Positions 1-12,330 of a DNA stretch of 64,000 nucleotides are shown here, in pieces. The stretch covers positions 46,810,001 through 46,874,000 of the forward strand of contig NC_043010.1 of the NCBI RefSeq assembly GCF_006345805.1. The letters are read 5' to 3'. Source of the stretch: Octopus sinensis (lineage: Eukaryota). A program made the position numbers and the translations under genes. The notes beneath the pieces are model-generated. The model did not search any database, had not been told where the DNA came from, and saw nothing but the letters and a program-made list of their open reading frames with translations. Numbering within the stretch: the stretch's first letter is position 1; every line of letters starts with the position of its first letter.

Positions 1-1227
1 GGGTTACTAGAAGCAGATATTCTTGGACTTCAACTAGTAAGATGCAAACCACATATCCTGTTTCCTTCATTCCTTATCAATACACTCTATACTCTCCAGA
101 TAACACTCTATACTCAAACTTCACTCTTGAAGGTGGTGACTACACATATGTTAATTCCACTCTCACCCACCACTCACTTCTCTTCTCACCTGGGCTATGG
201 GCACTGTCTCCCTCTCTTACCTTTTGAATTTATGGTTTCCTCAGTGATCACATCATTGAAGCATGTATTCTCTGACATGCACTATATGAGTTTTTGTGTG
301 CCCAAAGTCTTTGCTTTGTTTCCTCCCGCCACTATTCTTCCTATACATCAATAATCTACTTGCCATCCTTTTCAACAAGGAGGACAAATATAGAGCACAA
401 AACTTTCGTTCCAAAGCAGACAATATACAAGCACATACATATATATACACACACATATATACATAGATGGTATTTTTTCAGCTTCTACTAAATCCACTCA
501 CAGGGCTTTGGTTGGCCCAAAGCTATACAGTAGAAAAAAATTGCCCAAGGTACCACACAGTGGGACTGAACTCAAAACCATGTGGTTGAGATGCAAACTT
601 TCTTACCATATTTGCATCTATAATATTCTTTATTTTATTAAAACTAGTTAAAATTACAAGCAAATGACAAAAAAATTTATGGTTTTTGCTCCAAAAACCA
701 TAAACCATTGAAAAAGAAGAACAATCAACAGTTGTGTGCAAAATCTATTACACGGTCTATTGAAGAAGTTGTGAATTTAGATATTTATGCGCCCATACGC
801 AGATAATTTGGGTAATTTTAATTTTGGCAATTTGTTTCAGTAACATGATCTATGACCAAGCAAGTAGACAACAATGGTGCTGGTAAGTAGTTAACAGTAC
901 AGCAACTGGTAGAAGCCGCCAGTTACCATCATCTATCACCTGTTATACCAGGTAAATATTTATGCTTCAGCTAGTAGTTTATTATAAGTACTGGGTGTTT
1001 CAGAGATGAACATGAGTGGAAAACAAGGAACTGGCTGGCACAGAATCAACAGAAAACTTATGGTTTTATCTTTTGCACATGTAACAACATCTGTCAATGT
1101 TAAAGGTCACTTTGAAAACAACATTCAAACAGCCACAATGAACAGTGCATATTGAGAATTAATTTAATTCTTGCATTAAATATACAGAAAAATGCAGTGT
1201 TTCTTTATAAAAATATAATGCAAGTTG

Positions 1228-1272
<45 letters not shown>

Positions 1273-1719
1273 TTTACTTGTTTCAGTCATTGGACTGTAG
1301 CCATGCTGGGACACCGCCTTGAAAAAATTTTAGCTGAATGAATCGACCCTATACTTATTCATTTTTTTAAAGTCTGGTCTTGTTCTATCAATTTCTTTTG
1401 CCAAACAGCTAAGTTACAGGGCCATAAGCACACCAACACCAGTTTTCAAGTGGTGGGAGGGGGATAAACACAGATACAAAGATGCACACACATGCATGCA
1501 TAAATACATACATACATATGTAGACACACACACACATACACATGCGCACGCACACACGCACGTGCACGCATGCACACACACACACACATACAATGGTCTT
1601 CTTTCATTTTCCACCAATCAAATCCATTCATAAGGCTTTGGTCAGTACAGACAACATCAATGACAGAGGTGGTGGTGCAACAGCAGTGGTGGTGATGGCA
1701 GTGGTGTGGCAGCAGTAGA

Positions 1720-2612
1720 AGTGGTGGCGGTGGCAGCAGCAGTGGCGTTGGTGATGGTGGTTTTGGTGGTGGTGGTGGTGGTGCAACAACAATGTAATGG
1801 CAGCAGTGGTGGTGGCAGTGATTATGGTGCAGTGGCAGTGGTGCGATGGCAGTGGTGAGGGTGGTATTAGAAATGATGACAATGATACTGATGATGGTGG
1901 TGGTGAGTAAGGATCCAACAGAGGGAAAAAAACCATACACAAGAAATAAAGATATATTCCGTTATGTGATAGAGACCTTCCCTGTAGCTTAAACTCTTTT
2001 GTGACCCTATTTCTTCTAAATCAGCTGTTCTGAACCATTTTTTGCTTATGAACCCCTTTGATTCCTATTTTATTCTGGTGAACCTGCCCCCGCCCCCCTA
2101 GCCATTCTATGTTTTAAAACTAATATTGTAGTTGGTTCTTTCAAATTTCCTATTTTTGCTTTTTCACATGTTCACTTGTGTAGGTTTGGAATATCACTCT
2201 CTGAGAACATGTTTCAGAGGCCAGAAACATGTTAAACTCTGTAAAATATTAGATGAAGAAACACCAGAATAAAATAGGAATCAAAGGGGTTCATAAGCAA
2301 AAAATGGTTCAGAACAGCTGATTTAGAAGAAATAGGGTCACAAAAGAGTTTAAGCTACAGGGAAGGTCTCTATCACATAACGGAATATATCTTTGTTTCT
2401 TGTGTATGGTTTTTTTCCCTCTGTTGGATCCTTGCTCACCACCACCATCATTGGTATCATTGTCATCATTTCTAATACCACCCTCACCACTGCCATCGCA
2501 CCACTGCCACTGCACCATAATCACTGCCACCACCACTGCTGCCATTACATTGTTGTTGCACCACCACCACCAAAACCACCATCACCAATGCCACTGCCGC
2601 TGCCACCACCAC
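1720..2612. repeat. Large inverted duplication (arms about 1720-2080 and 2262-2612; 181-bp spacer)
   Basis: Direct reverse-complement comparison: 4 substitutions over 1781-2080, plus a (GGT)n length difference. Confidence 0.95.
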
Positions 2613-3158
2613 CATCTAAATACATCTAAAGCAAAATTTTTTCCATAGACCCTTAACCTACTATTGTTGATCTCAGTTTACTGGATTGCCTGAATGGACC
2701 CTCACAAATTTTTATATGGACTCCCAAAAATCTTATCTCGACCCTAGGGGCTATATGGACCTTATTTGAGAACCCATATTCTAAATAAATAAATAAACTG
2801 CCAATATATTTCAGTTAATTTTGAAAACAATCAAAATGTTTGGAAGAATTTAGTAAAATAAAGAACGTTTTCATTATTAAATGGTGACTGGAACATCACT
2901 TATCAAACTGTTCTTGACATCATAGAACCAGAGGCAGCCTTGGAAGGGTTAATTAGTAAAAGGATAAATAAAAGTCAAACAGGAGGAAAGACCATGTTTG
3001 AAATACCAAAAAGTAAATCACGGTTCACCCAAAACAACTATTAAATATTTAGTATCAACAGTAAAATAGATAATTAAGAATCTTATTGGATATTTCTGTA
3101 AAGGCATTTTCAACCCTTTAGCATTCAGATTATGCTGTTAATTGTGATGTTTATTTAT

Positions 3159-3480
3159 TCACCTCCAATTGTAGAGGGAATCTGTAGAAGGGGTAGACCC
3201 AGGAAGACATAGGATGAGGTGGTAAAGCATAATCTTCGAACATTGGACTTCAGTGAGGCAATAACAAGTGACTGAGACCTTCGGCAATATGCCATGCTTG
3301 AGAAAACCCATGAACCCAAGTGAAATCATGGTTGTGGCCAATGCCGGTGTCATGTAACTGGCACCCATGTCAATGGCATGTAAAAGCACCCTTCAAACAC
3401 TGCGCTTCAAGGAGGCAATGATAAGTGACCATGACCTTTGGCGATATGCTGTGCTTGAGAACCCATCAAACCAAGTGAAA
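3159..3480 (+). mobile_element. Two tandem ORF-end fragments of the RTE-like LINE
   Basis: gaggcaat..aagtgac..gacct(t/tt)ggc.atatgc.(a/g)tgcttgagaa occurs at about 3255 and 3411, matching the ORF end of the 59040-59250 copy. Confidence 0.65.
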
Positions 3481-3498
3481 TTGCAGGTGGTTCTGTAA

Positions 3499-3775
3499 GA
3501 ACTCTCTGTTCCTTGGCAGGAACCCATCAAGGAGGCCAATGAGAGCAAGCAGAAGAAATTTACTAAGCTAGTGGAGTTATGCTAAGGTAATGGGGGGGAG
3601 GGAGATGTGATCCCAGCAAAGTGGGATGCAGAGGATTTGCAGACCAACCCCTCAATGGAGCTTACAGTATGTTTGGCATCACAGGAGCCAGTAGGCAGAA
3701 GACCAACAGATTGGCTGTGGAAGCAGTAGAGGTTGCTTCAAGGTTACATTAAGTGAGGGAGTGTGAGCCCTGGAA
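3499..3775 (+). mobile_element. Fragment of an RLE-type (NeSL/Hero/R4-like) non-LTR element, restriction-like endonuclease domain
   Basis: Manual translation ELSVPWQEPIKEANESKQKKFTKLVELC*, then after a frameshift RCDPSKVGCRGFADQPLNGAYSMFGITG...AVEAVEVASR. Matches the ELTVPWE...KY..L...P.EVG.RGF REase signature. Confidence 0.8.
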
Positions 3776-4226
3776 GGAACAGTGCTACGAACAGTTGTCC
3801 GTGCATACCAGTCTCCCCCTTTACATGCAACTGATGTTGACCAGCAGAAAGGCAAAGGACAGTACACCAATGACACTGCAACTTATTTCTTCAGCTAAGT
3901 GAACTGGAGCAATGTGAAATAAAGTGTCTTGCTCAAGAACAGGACACACAGCTCAGTCTGGGAATTGAACTCACACCTTCACAATTCTAAGCTTGATACC
4001 CTAACCACTGAGTCATGCAGCTCCACAACTTTGATCAACCCCAGCTAGGTTTCCTGGGTGAGGGTGTCAAATATCGAAAGACCCAAAACACCAAATGACT
4101 CCAGTAAACATCACTGATAATGTGTCCAGGTGCATCGCAGGAAGATGTATGGAAAAAAAAACTAACCGTCAAATACCTTATATTTACATAAGGCAAAGAA
4201 ACATGAATATGGATCTTTACTGCACA

Positions 4227-4324
4227 ACAGTATTTCAACCTCCTTAGCCATCTTATTATTATACCTTCTATAAAGGTGGCAAGAAGGTATAATAATAAGA
4301 TGGCTAAGGAGGTTGAAATACTGT
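4227..4324. repeat. Perfect 43-bp inverted repeat, 12-nt spacer
   Basis: 4227-4269 is the exact reverse complement of 4282-4324. Confidence 0.95.
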
Positions 4325-4343
4325 AAAAGTGGCAAGAGTGAAG

Positions 4344-4680
4344 GTGCGTGGCTCAGTGGTTAGAGCGTCGAGCTTACGATCGTGAGGTTGTGAGCTCGAA
4401 TCTCGGACCGGGCTGCGTGTTGTGTTCTTGAGCAAGACACTTTATTTCACGTTGCTCCAGTTCTCTCAGCTGTAGAAATGAGTTGCGACGTCACAGGTGC
4501 CAAGCTGTATCGGCCCCTTTGCCTTTCCCTTGGATAACACTGGTGGCGTGGAGAGGGGAGGCCTGTATGCATGGGCGACTGCTGGTCTTCCATAAAAAAC
4601 AACCTTGCCCAGACTTGTGCCTCAGAGAGAAACTCTCTAGGTGCAAACCCATGGTCAGTGTCTGACCGAAGGGGTCACCA
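4344..4680 (+). mobile_element. tRNA-derived SINE family C with intact-looking Pol III A/B boxes
   Basis: GCGTGGCTCAGTGGTTAGAGCG (A box)...GAGCTCGAATCTC (B box)...CTTGAGCAAGACACTTTATTTCACGTTGCTCCAGT. Related copies on the minus strand at about 3880-4020, 6530-6660, 7690-7950, 10070-10160, 12450-12840, 50610-50940. Confidence 0.85.
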
Positions 4681-5576
4681 TCATCATCAAAGGTGGCAAG
4701 CTAACAGAATAATTACTGTGCCAGGCAAAATGCTCAACAGCATTTCATCCCTCTTTACGTTTTGAGTTAAAATTCCGCCGAGATCAACTTTGCCTTTCAT
4801 TCCCTCGGGGTGGATGAAATAAGTACCAGTCAAGCACTGGGGTCAATGTAACCAACTAGTCCTACCCTCACAAAATTTCAGGCCTTGTGCCTATAATAGA
4901 AAGGATTATTATATCTTCTGTATCACAGACTTTTTGCTTCCTATTTCTAACAAAAGGAAATGCTTATATATATGGAAATATGTTTGCACCTGGAGAGAAT
5001 AAAAGAATAAACAGATTAAAAGGATAATGTAAATATCAACACAAAATGATTCTGTTGAAAAGCCTCATCAAATCTTACCAAGCAAATAATAGCATATTTA
5101 GAAAATACAGAAATATCTTTCTCTCATCTTTTATCTATATTTATTACCAAGAAATGTTGCAGTATGCAGAAACTTGGAAAGCCTCTCACATTGTTTTACA
5201 ATAAAGTCAGTAGAGAAGAGAAGAGGCTCGTGACATCTGCAGACCCACCTAATCTGGAGAGATTTGTGTTGTTAGTTGTTCAAATCATTATGTCTGCAGG
5301 AAGAACATGGGTGAGGTAGGGGTTATAATTCTGCAGAAGAAGGATTGGATAAAATTCTTAGTGTAGGTTTGGGAACTGGAACACAGTAACAGTGACAGGA
5401 AAAAGAGAGAGAGATTTTTTTATTTTTTTATTTATCTGTTTCAGTCATTAGGCTATGGCCATGCTGGGGCACTGCCTTCAGGAAATTTCAGTCAACCTCA
5501 GTACTTATTTCTATTTTTTAAGCTAAATATAGGGACATAAACACACCAACACCAGTCATCAATTGGTGGGTGGAGA

Positions 5577-5627
<51 letters not shown>

Positions 5628-8600
5628 GATGAGCTTCTTTCAGTTTCCATCTACCAAATCCACTTACAAGGTTTTGGTCGGCCCAAGGTTATAGTAAAAG
5701 ACACTTGCTGAAGGTGTCACAATGGGACTGAACCATGTGGTTGCAAAGTAAGCTTCTAACCACATGGGCCTTGAGGACAAGGGCAAGTAGCTATATTGTT
5801 CAAAGAAGTAATGGTCCTTATACATCTGTAAACTAGTCACCAAAGCATTTTGGTGAGTGAATCTTTGCTCATCAGTGGCTGTGTGGTAAGTAGCTTGGTT
5901 CTGGGTTCAGTCCCACTGTGTGGCACCTTGGTCAAGTGTCTTCTACTATAGCCTCAGGCCGACCAAAGCCTTGTGAGTGGATTTGGTAGATGGAAACTGA
6001 AAGAAGCTCGTCGTATATATGTATATATATATGTATGTGGGTCTGTATTTGTCCCCACAACATCGCTTGACAAACGATGCTGGTGTGTTTATGTCCCCGT
6101 AACTTAGTGGTTCAGCAAAAGAGACCGATAGAATAAATACTAGGCTTACAAAGAATAAGTCCTGGGGTCGATTCGCCCAACTAAAGGTGGTGCTCCAGCA
6201 TGGCCACAGTCACATGACTGAAACAAGTAAAAGAGTAAAAGAGTCAAATAACTTTTGTTTTTGGATTCAGCTGAGGATATTTGTGAGAATAACAGAAACA
6301 TCGTCCTCAGATGAGAACTATGTGAGTCTTACTTGAGCTTTGTAAAAGTAAATGACCATGGAATTGCACCTAAAAAGTTCCCTTCTAAGGCAGAAATCCA
6401 GGCATGGTTGTCCATGTATACCAGTGCAACAGTTGCCATGTATACCTGTCTTCCCTCTCCATGCCACCGACCTTGTCCAAGGGAAAGGCGAAGGCCAACA
6501 CAATTGGGTACTAGTGACAACTGATTCCTACAGCTAAGTGAACTATAGCAACATGAAATAAAGTGTCTTGCTCAAGAACACAACACACAGCTCAGTCCAG
6601 GAATTGAACTCACAACCTCACAATTGTAAGCTTAACGCATTAACCACTGAACCATGTATCTCCACAACTTTGTAGTGTCAGTAACTGATAAAGGCTGAAG
6701 TATTTGGTTCTAAAGAGGAATCCTAGCCATTGGGATATAGATTTGGTAATGATATCTATATATGTGTGTGTGTGTGTGGAATCACCATGAAGAAAAATCA
6801 TGAAAGATAGCTTTGAGAATTTCAGTTGTGTGTTGTTTATTATAAAGGAGAAGAGGTACCATACTTTTGTTGTATGCATTTGGTCGTTGAGACTTCAGTG
6901 CTGCTGAAATATAAGGAAACTTTCAAGAGCTTTGGACATGGAGTCAGTGTATATCTAACATGGTTAGAGAATATGTATGCATGTATTATATATGTATGTA
7001 TGTATGTATGTATTTATTCTTTTACTTGTTTCAGTCATTTGATTGTGGCCATGCTGGAGCACCGCCTTTAGTCAAGCAAATCGACCCAGAACTTATTCTT
7101 TGGAAGCCTAGTACTTATTCTATCGGACTCTTTTGCCAAACTGCTAAGTTACAGGGATGTAAACACACCAGCATTGGTTTTCAAGCGATGTTGGGGGGGA
7201 CAAACACAGACACACAAATATACACACACACATACACATATATATATATATATATACGACGGGCTTCTTTCAGTTTCCATCTACCAAATCCACTCACAAG
7301 GCTTTGGTCGACCCAAGGCTATAGTAGAAAACACTTGCCCAAGGTGCCAAAATGTGGGACTGAACCCAGAACCATGTGGTTGGTAATCAAGCTACTTACC
7401 ACACAGCCACTCCTACACCTATGTATATATGTATGCGTGCATGTATGTATGCATGCATGTGTGTATGCATGTGTGTATGCATGAGTGTATGCATGTGTGT
7501 GTGTGTGTGTGTCTGAATTTGTGTTTGTCCCTCACCATCAGTTGACAACTAGTGCTGGTTTGTTTGTGTCAATGTAACTTGGTAGTTTGGTAAAAGACAC
7601 TGATAGAATAAGTATCAGGCTTAAAAATATGCTAAGTACTGGGGGTGATTTGTTTGACTAAACCCCCCCACACACACACACACACCTGCTTGCGAAATTA
7701 ACACACAAGTGGCTGAGCAGTCCACAGACACACAAACCCTTAGTGTAGTTCTCAGGGAAATTCAACATGACACAAAATGTGACAAGGCTGGCCCTTTGAA
7801 TTACGTGCACAGCTCATTTTTGCCAGCTGAGTGGACTGGAGCAACGTGGAATAGAGTGTCTTGCTCAAGGACACAATGCACCAGTGGGACTCGAACTTAT
7901 GACCAAATGAACATGAGCTGAACACTCTAATCACTGAGCCACAAGTCTTCACATGCAATGTAATTATAAGCCATCACAATGTCCCATTTTTTAATTTTGT
8001 AGGTTATCTTATCATTTCATATTTAATGGGAATATATAGGTGATGAGGGAATTCGAAAAGGTTGCAGTTTTCTAAAAGGATAGGAAGAGGGAAAAGTACA
8101 CACAACATGAATTTTTATAAGTGCACACTGGCATAATGAAACTAGGTGAAAATAATTGCATTTAGTTTATAGTCTTTTGTAAAATGTCAAATAAGCACAA
8201 ATATAGCCAACCATCTATATATTTCAGATTAATAAGGTTGATAAAGTCTTCAAATATGTTAATTTTAATTCTTCATCAGGTTGACATTTAAGTCTTTATT
8301 AACCCTTAATGACCTCTGAAAACTATGAAGGCGAAAATTCTCATGGAACACTGAGGAATAATTATCGACCGAAATCAACATACATGAATACATGCCAAAA
8401 TACAATATCAGCACTCTTATGAACTAAATGGATTAATGAGGGTATGTAACAGCAGTCTGTTAAAGACTTGGTGTGATGAAGCAACAAGATGAGAGTGAGA
8501 AAATAGTAGATAGAGATAAAGGTTGTGATTTATGACATCATTCAAATAACAGCTACCAAAAATAATATAAAGAAAAGAAAAAGACAAAATAGAAGCAAAA

Positions 8601-8854
8601 AAACTATAAAAGAAGGCAAACTTTTATATTGGATTTTTATTACCAGAACTTTTCTAACCAAGACAATTTTATACACACGTACACCTTACACGTGTGTGTG
8701 TGTTTGGATGTGTGCACGTGCATGGATGCATGTGCGCATGAGAGATAGAGGGGGAGAGAAAGAGACAGACAGAGAGTGTGTGCGTGTTTTATGTTACTAA
8801 TGTTGGGTGCAAAACAATTTATAGTTCTATATTTAAGAGATGAGGAATTATGTT

Positions 8855-8974
8855 CATTATTTACATTTGACGGATATTTGTCCTCATCTGAAAGAGGCTG
8901 GAGGGTATATCAGCCGAAACGTTGTGTTAACAACAAACAAGATGAGGACAAATATCCGTCAAATGTAAATAATG
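8855..8974. repeat. Perfect 35-bp inverted repeat enclosing a hammerhead-like core (Penelope-type remnant)
   Basis: 8855-8889 / 8940-8974. Core CTGAAAGA-GGCTG-(10 nt)-CAGCC-GAAAC at 8888-8920. Confidence 0.8.
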
Positions 8975-9379
8975 TAAAAAAAACAATTTATGTTGTGAAC
9001 TCTTATGTAAATGAAAAAGGATGATGACAATAATGATGATGATGATGATACCTTATATGTGAACCAATGATGGAAACTCTAAAGTAATTACTTGATTTGT
9101 TATAAATAACAGCCAGATTTCTTTAAAATCTCAACTCAGTGCTTTCAATAAAAAAAGATACACTGGATAACATAGTTTCAGATATATTCTAGATATATAT
9201 TAGACTAGGCTAAAAGATTGGGTGGTCACTGTTGAAATGCTTTTTGATCATAAGTCTGCTGATGTAGTACAGCATGCCACATTACATCATGTCAGGTGAG
9301 ATTTGAGGAAAACTTGATATACACTCAGTAAACTATTTATAATACACCAACAAGGCAAAGTCAGGATTTACCCATCAGG

Positions 9380-10060
9380 TGGAATACATTGGAATTGTTT
9401 ACTTTAAATCGACAGGTCTTCTCTAGGACTTCATATTGCCAAACATCTCGGTCAACAGTCCACTGTCATTTCTTCCGTGAGCCCCTTCATCCTAAGATCA
9501 GTCCTCACCACTTCATCCTGTTTTCCTCAGTCTCCCTCTTCCACAGGTACCATCCACTTTCAGCCACAGGCACTTCTGTATACAGCTATCTTCACGCATA
9601 TGCATCACATGTCCAAACCAATGCAGTCTCCTCTCCTGCATACCACATTTAATCCCTCTTACACCTAACTTTTCTCTCAATACAGTTGTGCTTTGTCAGT
9701 AATGCACACTGATGTTGCAATTTCAATGGAGCATACTACTTCATTCATCTCCAGCCTGCGCATGTCCTCCACAGTCAGAGCCCATGTAACATAACCATTC
9801 TCACACAAGCATCATACAATCTACCTTTCACTCTGAGAGAGTCCTTTTGCTACCAACAGAGATAGTAGTTCTCTGAACTTCCTCCACCCTATTCTTATTC
9901 TAGAAACAATAGTTTCAGAGCATCCACCACTGTCGCTAATTCGGTCACCTAAATGGCAGAAACTATCTACTGCCTCAAAAGAGTCTCCTGGGCATTTGAG
10001 AGGGTTTAAGTCTCTTATGCTCTTAGTACTTACTGTTCTTGCACATTTGCCACATTAGGT
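9380..10060 (-). mobile_element. Same RTE-like LINE family, older fragment
   Basis: Nucleotide similarity to 59040-59680 and 15440-15900 (e.g. cctcttccacagg, cagctatc, gatagtttc/aactatc motifs). Confidence 0.7.
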
Positions 10061-10347
10061 GTTTCGTTCATAAACACACACATCGCCCGGTCTGAGATTC
10101 GAACCCACGATCCCTCGACCGTGAGTCCACTGCTCTAACCACTAGGCCATGTACCTTTGCAATTGATATTAATTATTTATCAATTATGTAGTCTTGGAAT
10201 TATTGATGTTTATTTCTAAAGAAATAGTTGTTTAAAATATAAAATCATGAAGCATCCATGAAATTTTTATTTTCCTGCTTTTTATTCTCTCTATATATGT
10301 GTGTGTATGTATATGCATATCAGATGATTCAAAATAATATTTCTTAC

Positions 10348-10536
10348 CAAATATCCATAAATATCAGGTGGCTGATCGTAAAATAAGTTATTCAGAACCT
10401 CTTCAATTTTTTGCGGAACTTTATTCTTTTGATAATACTCCACAGCTTGGCGCTTGAGATCATCACGTCCATATCTAAGATATGAATATTTACTTTTTGC
10501 TGTTTTCCCTTTATCTTCTTCCGTCGAAGGTGATTC
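10348..10536 (-). CDS. ENO4: Enolase 4 N-terminal coding exon (phase 0-0, 63 codons: ESPSTEEDKGKTAKSKYSYLRYGRDDLKRQAVEYYQKNKVPQKIEEVLNNLFYDQPPDIYGYL)
   Basis: Minus-strand acceptor ctttctttgtcaag|GAA and donor TTG|gtaag. The translation closely matches my recollection of the vertebrate ENO4 N-terminus (LKQQAMEYYRENDVPRRLEELLNSTFYLQPADVYGHL). No Met in the exon and an in-frame stop upstream, so the initiator exon lies further up. The next exon was not found in 1-10347. Absent from the ORF track. Confidence 0.85.
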
Positions 10537-10719
10537 CTTGACAAAGAAAGAAAGATTATCATTAGGATTTATTGAGAAGAAAAATTGGGAGAAATAAAAG
10601 AATTATAAGAGAGAGAGAGTAATCAAGCAAACTGTCTCAACTTGAACCCAAGTTTTGTTGTTTACCATGACACAGGGAGTGTCATGATTCTCTTGCCTTT
10701 TGAGATTTGACTTCTGTAG

Positions 10720-12330
10720 GAAGTGCAACTTGTTTTTTTTTTTTTGCAACAATCTCTGTTGCAGGAGCCAGCAACAAATCTGATATTATTTTTTTAATAT
10801 CATCAAATGCCTTTTGACAATTATTTGACCAATTCCACTTCATTTCCTTTTTTAGAAAATTATTTAGTGGAGCACTCAATTCATACATATTTGGTATATA
10901 ATTTTGATAATTTGCTAAACCTAGAAAAGCTTGTAAGGTGATTACATTAGTTGGAGAAGGCATTCCTGTTGATAATTTATCTGAAATACTTAATTTTAGG
11001 TAAGAAAAATTCACATTTTTCCACACTCATTGTGAAACTAATCTCTTATTTTTCCAAAAACACATTTTACATGCTCGACATGCTAATCAGAAGATTCACT
11101 TATAATTAATATATCATCCAGGTATGGAGTTGTGAATTCAGTCTGCTAACATTGCATCCATAGCCTGTTGAAAAATTGCAGGTGCAACCTTTAGACCAAA
11201 TGGTAATCTATTATATTTATATAGTTCTTTATGAGTATACACTGTTAGGTATTTTGAGCATTCCTCATCTACTCTAATTTGTAGGTACACATCAGAGAGA
11301 TCCAGTTTTGAAAATATCTTGCCCCCATTTAACTTCACAAAAATATCCTCTGGAGTAGGTAGCAGATAGTGACACATTTTCAGATATTCATTCAAGCCAG
11401 TGGAAAAATCAGCACATACCTTGATTTTGTTATTCATTTTTTAATATGCCCTGTTGAACTACCCATATTGCATTGTTTATTTTTACATACATATACTTTC
11501 ATTTTGGGGTGTTGTCACAACTTTCCATGGAGCAAATCTTTTCAGAAGAATTTGCTTTTTCCAACCTTTTTTTGCTTCACTATGTAGTGCAAGCTTTTAT
11601 GTTCTATTTTTTGAAAACTAAAACATTTTCAAGTTTTAAATGGATCGACTTTCTTAAAATGCAGACCTCCACACCCATATCATGGGTTAGGTCATAACAT
11701 TCTTTTTTCTTTGTTCCCTGATGCAAGTTGATAATTCTTTGACATTCCTCCTGTAGGGTTAAATTCTGGTCCTCCTGTTCTAGTTTTGTAAGAATCTGTG
11801 CATGTATTTCTGCATCTTTGTTTGCCATCAAACCTTGCACAAAGATGAGGCATTTAAACATGTCAGGAGATAATTCTTTCAGTTTAAATTTTTCGCACAT
11901 TTTATTTATGATTCCAGCATAACTGACAAAATCATCGTCCTCTTCTTTTACTAAGTTCAAGCACTCCCAGTGAGTGTTAAACAGGGAACTCTTATCACTG
12001 AACATTTTGTATAGCAATTCAATTGCAGTATTTCTCATTTTCTGAAGGACCTAGTATCTGTAACAGTAGTCTCACTTTTTCATCATCTGCCCAACACTTG
12101 CAATCTTCCTTGAACATTTCTTTGTATCTTCTGAAGTATGCCAAAAACGTTATAACTGTATTCAGTTATAGCATTTGCTATGCCTTCTGGCGAAAATGGA
12201 CTTGGAGCATTTCCTGACTTCAACATCAGCTCCAGCAACTGATTGTGTTGTAGTTGTTGGTGCAACTCCTGTTGCACCAACACACTACTACTTATACAAG
12301 TTCATCTAGTCCATTGTCACCAACACACAC
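10720..12330 (-). mobile_element. Degenerate Ty3/Gypsy (K02A2.6-like) LTR retrotransposon: gag, RT and RT-connection remnants
   Basis: ORF fragments SLFNTHWECLNLVKEEDDDFVSYAGIINKMCEKF (gag), CADFSTGLN...FSKLDLSDVYLQI...YNRLPFGLKVAPAIFQQAMD (RT) and LQAFLGLANY...APLN..LKK..KWNW (connection). Frameshifts and internal deletions. PBS-like TGGTGACAATGG at about 12322-12311. Confidence 0.9.

Noticed and set aside
700-1200. Candidate second ENO4 exon
   Set aside because: All frames after plausible acceptors hit stops and none resembles the expected AN(C/Y)F...GLPT segment; the next exon is probably outside the window.
1414-2648. Poly-His/Pro/Thr ORFs (1446-1940, 1628-1942, 2393-2629, 2400-2648)
   Set aside because: Translations of (GGT/GCA/CA)n simple repeats in the inverted duplication; no splice or homology support.
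4344-4420. tRNA gene
   Set aside because: The A/B boxes continue into a ~330-bp body shared with many dispersed copies; it is a SINE head with no complete cloverleaf evident.
6960-7484. 174-aa ORF and similar ORFs at 24100-24366, 39501-39785, 47662-47961
   Set aside because: Chance open frames through SINE family A copies and microsatellites.
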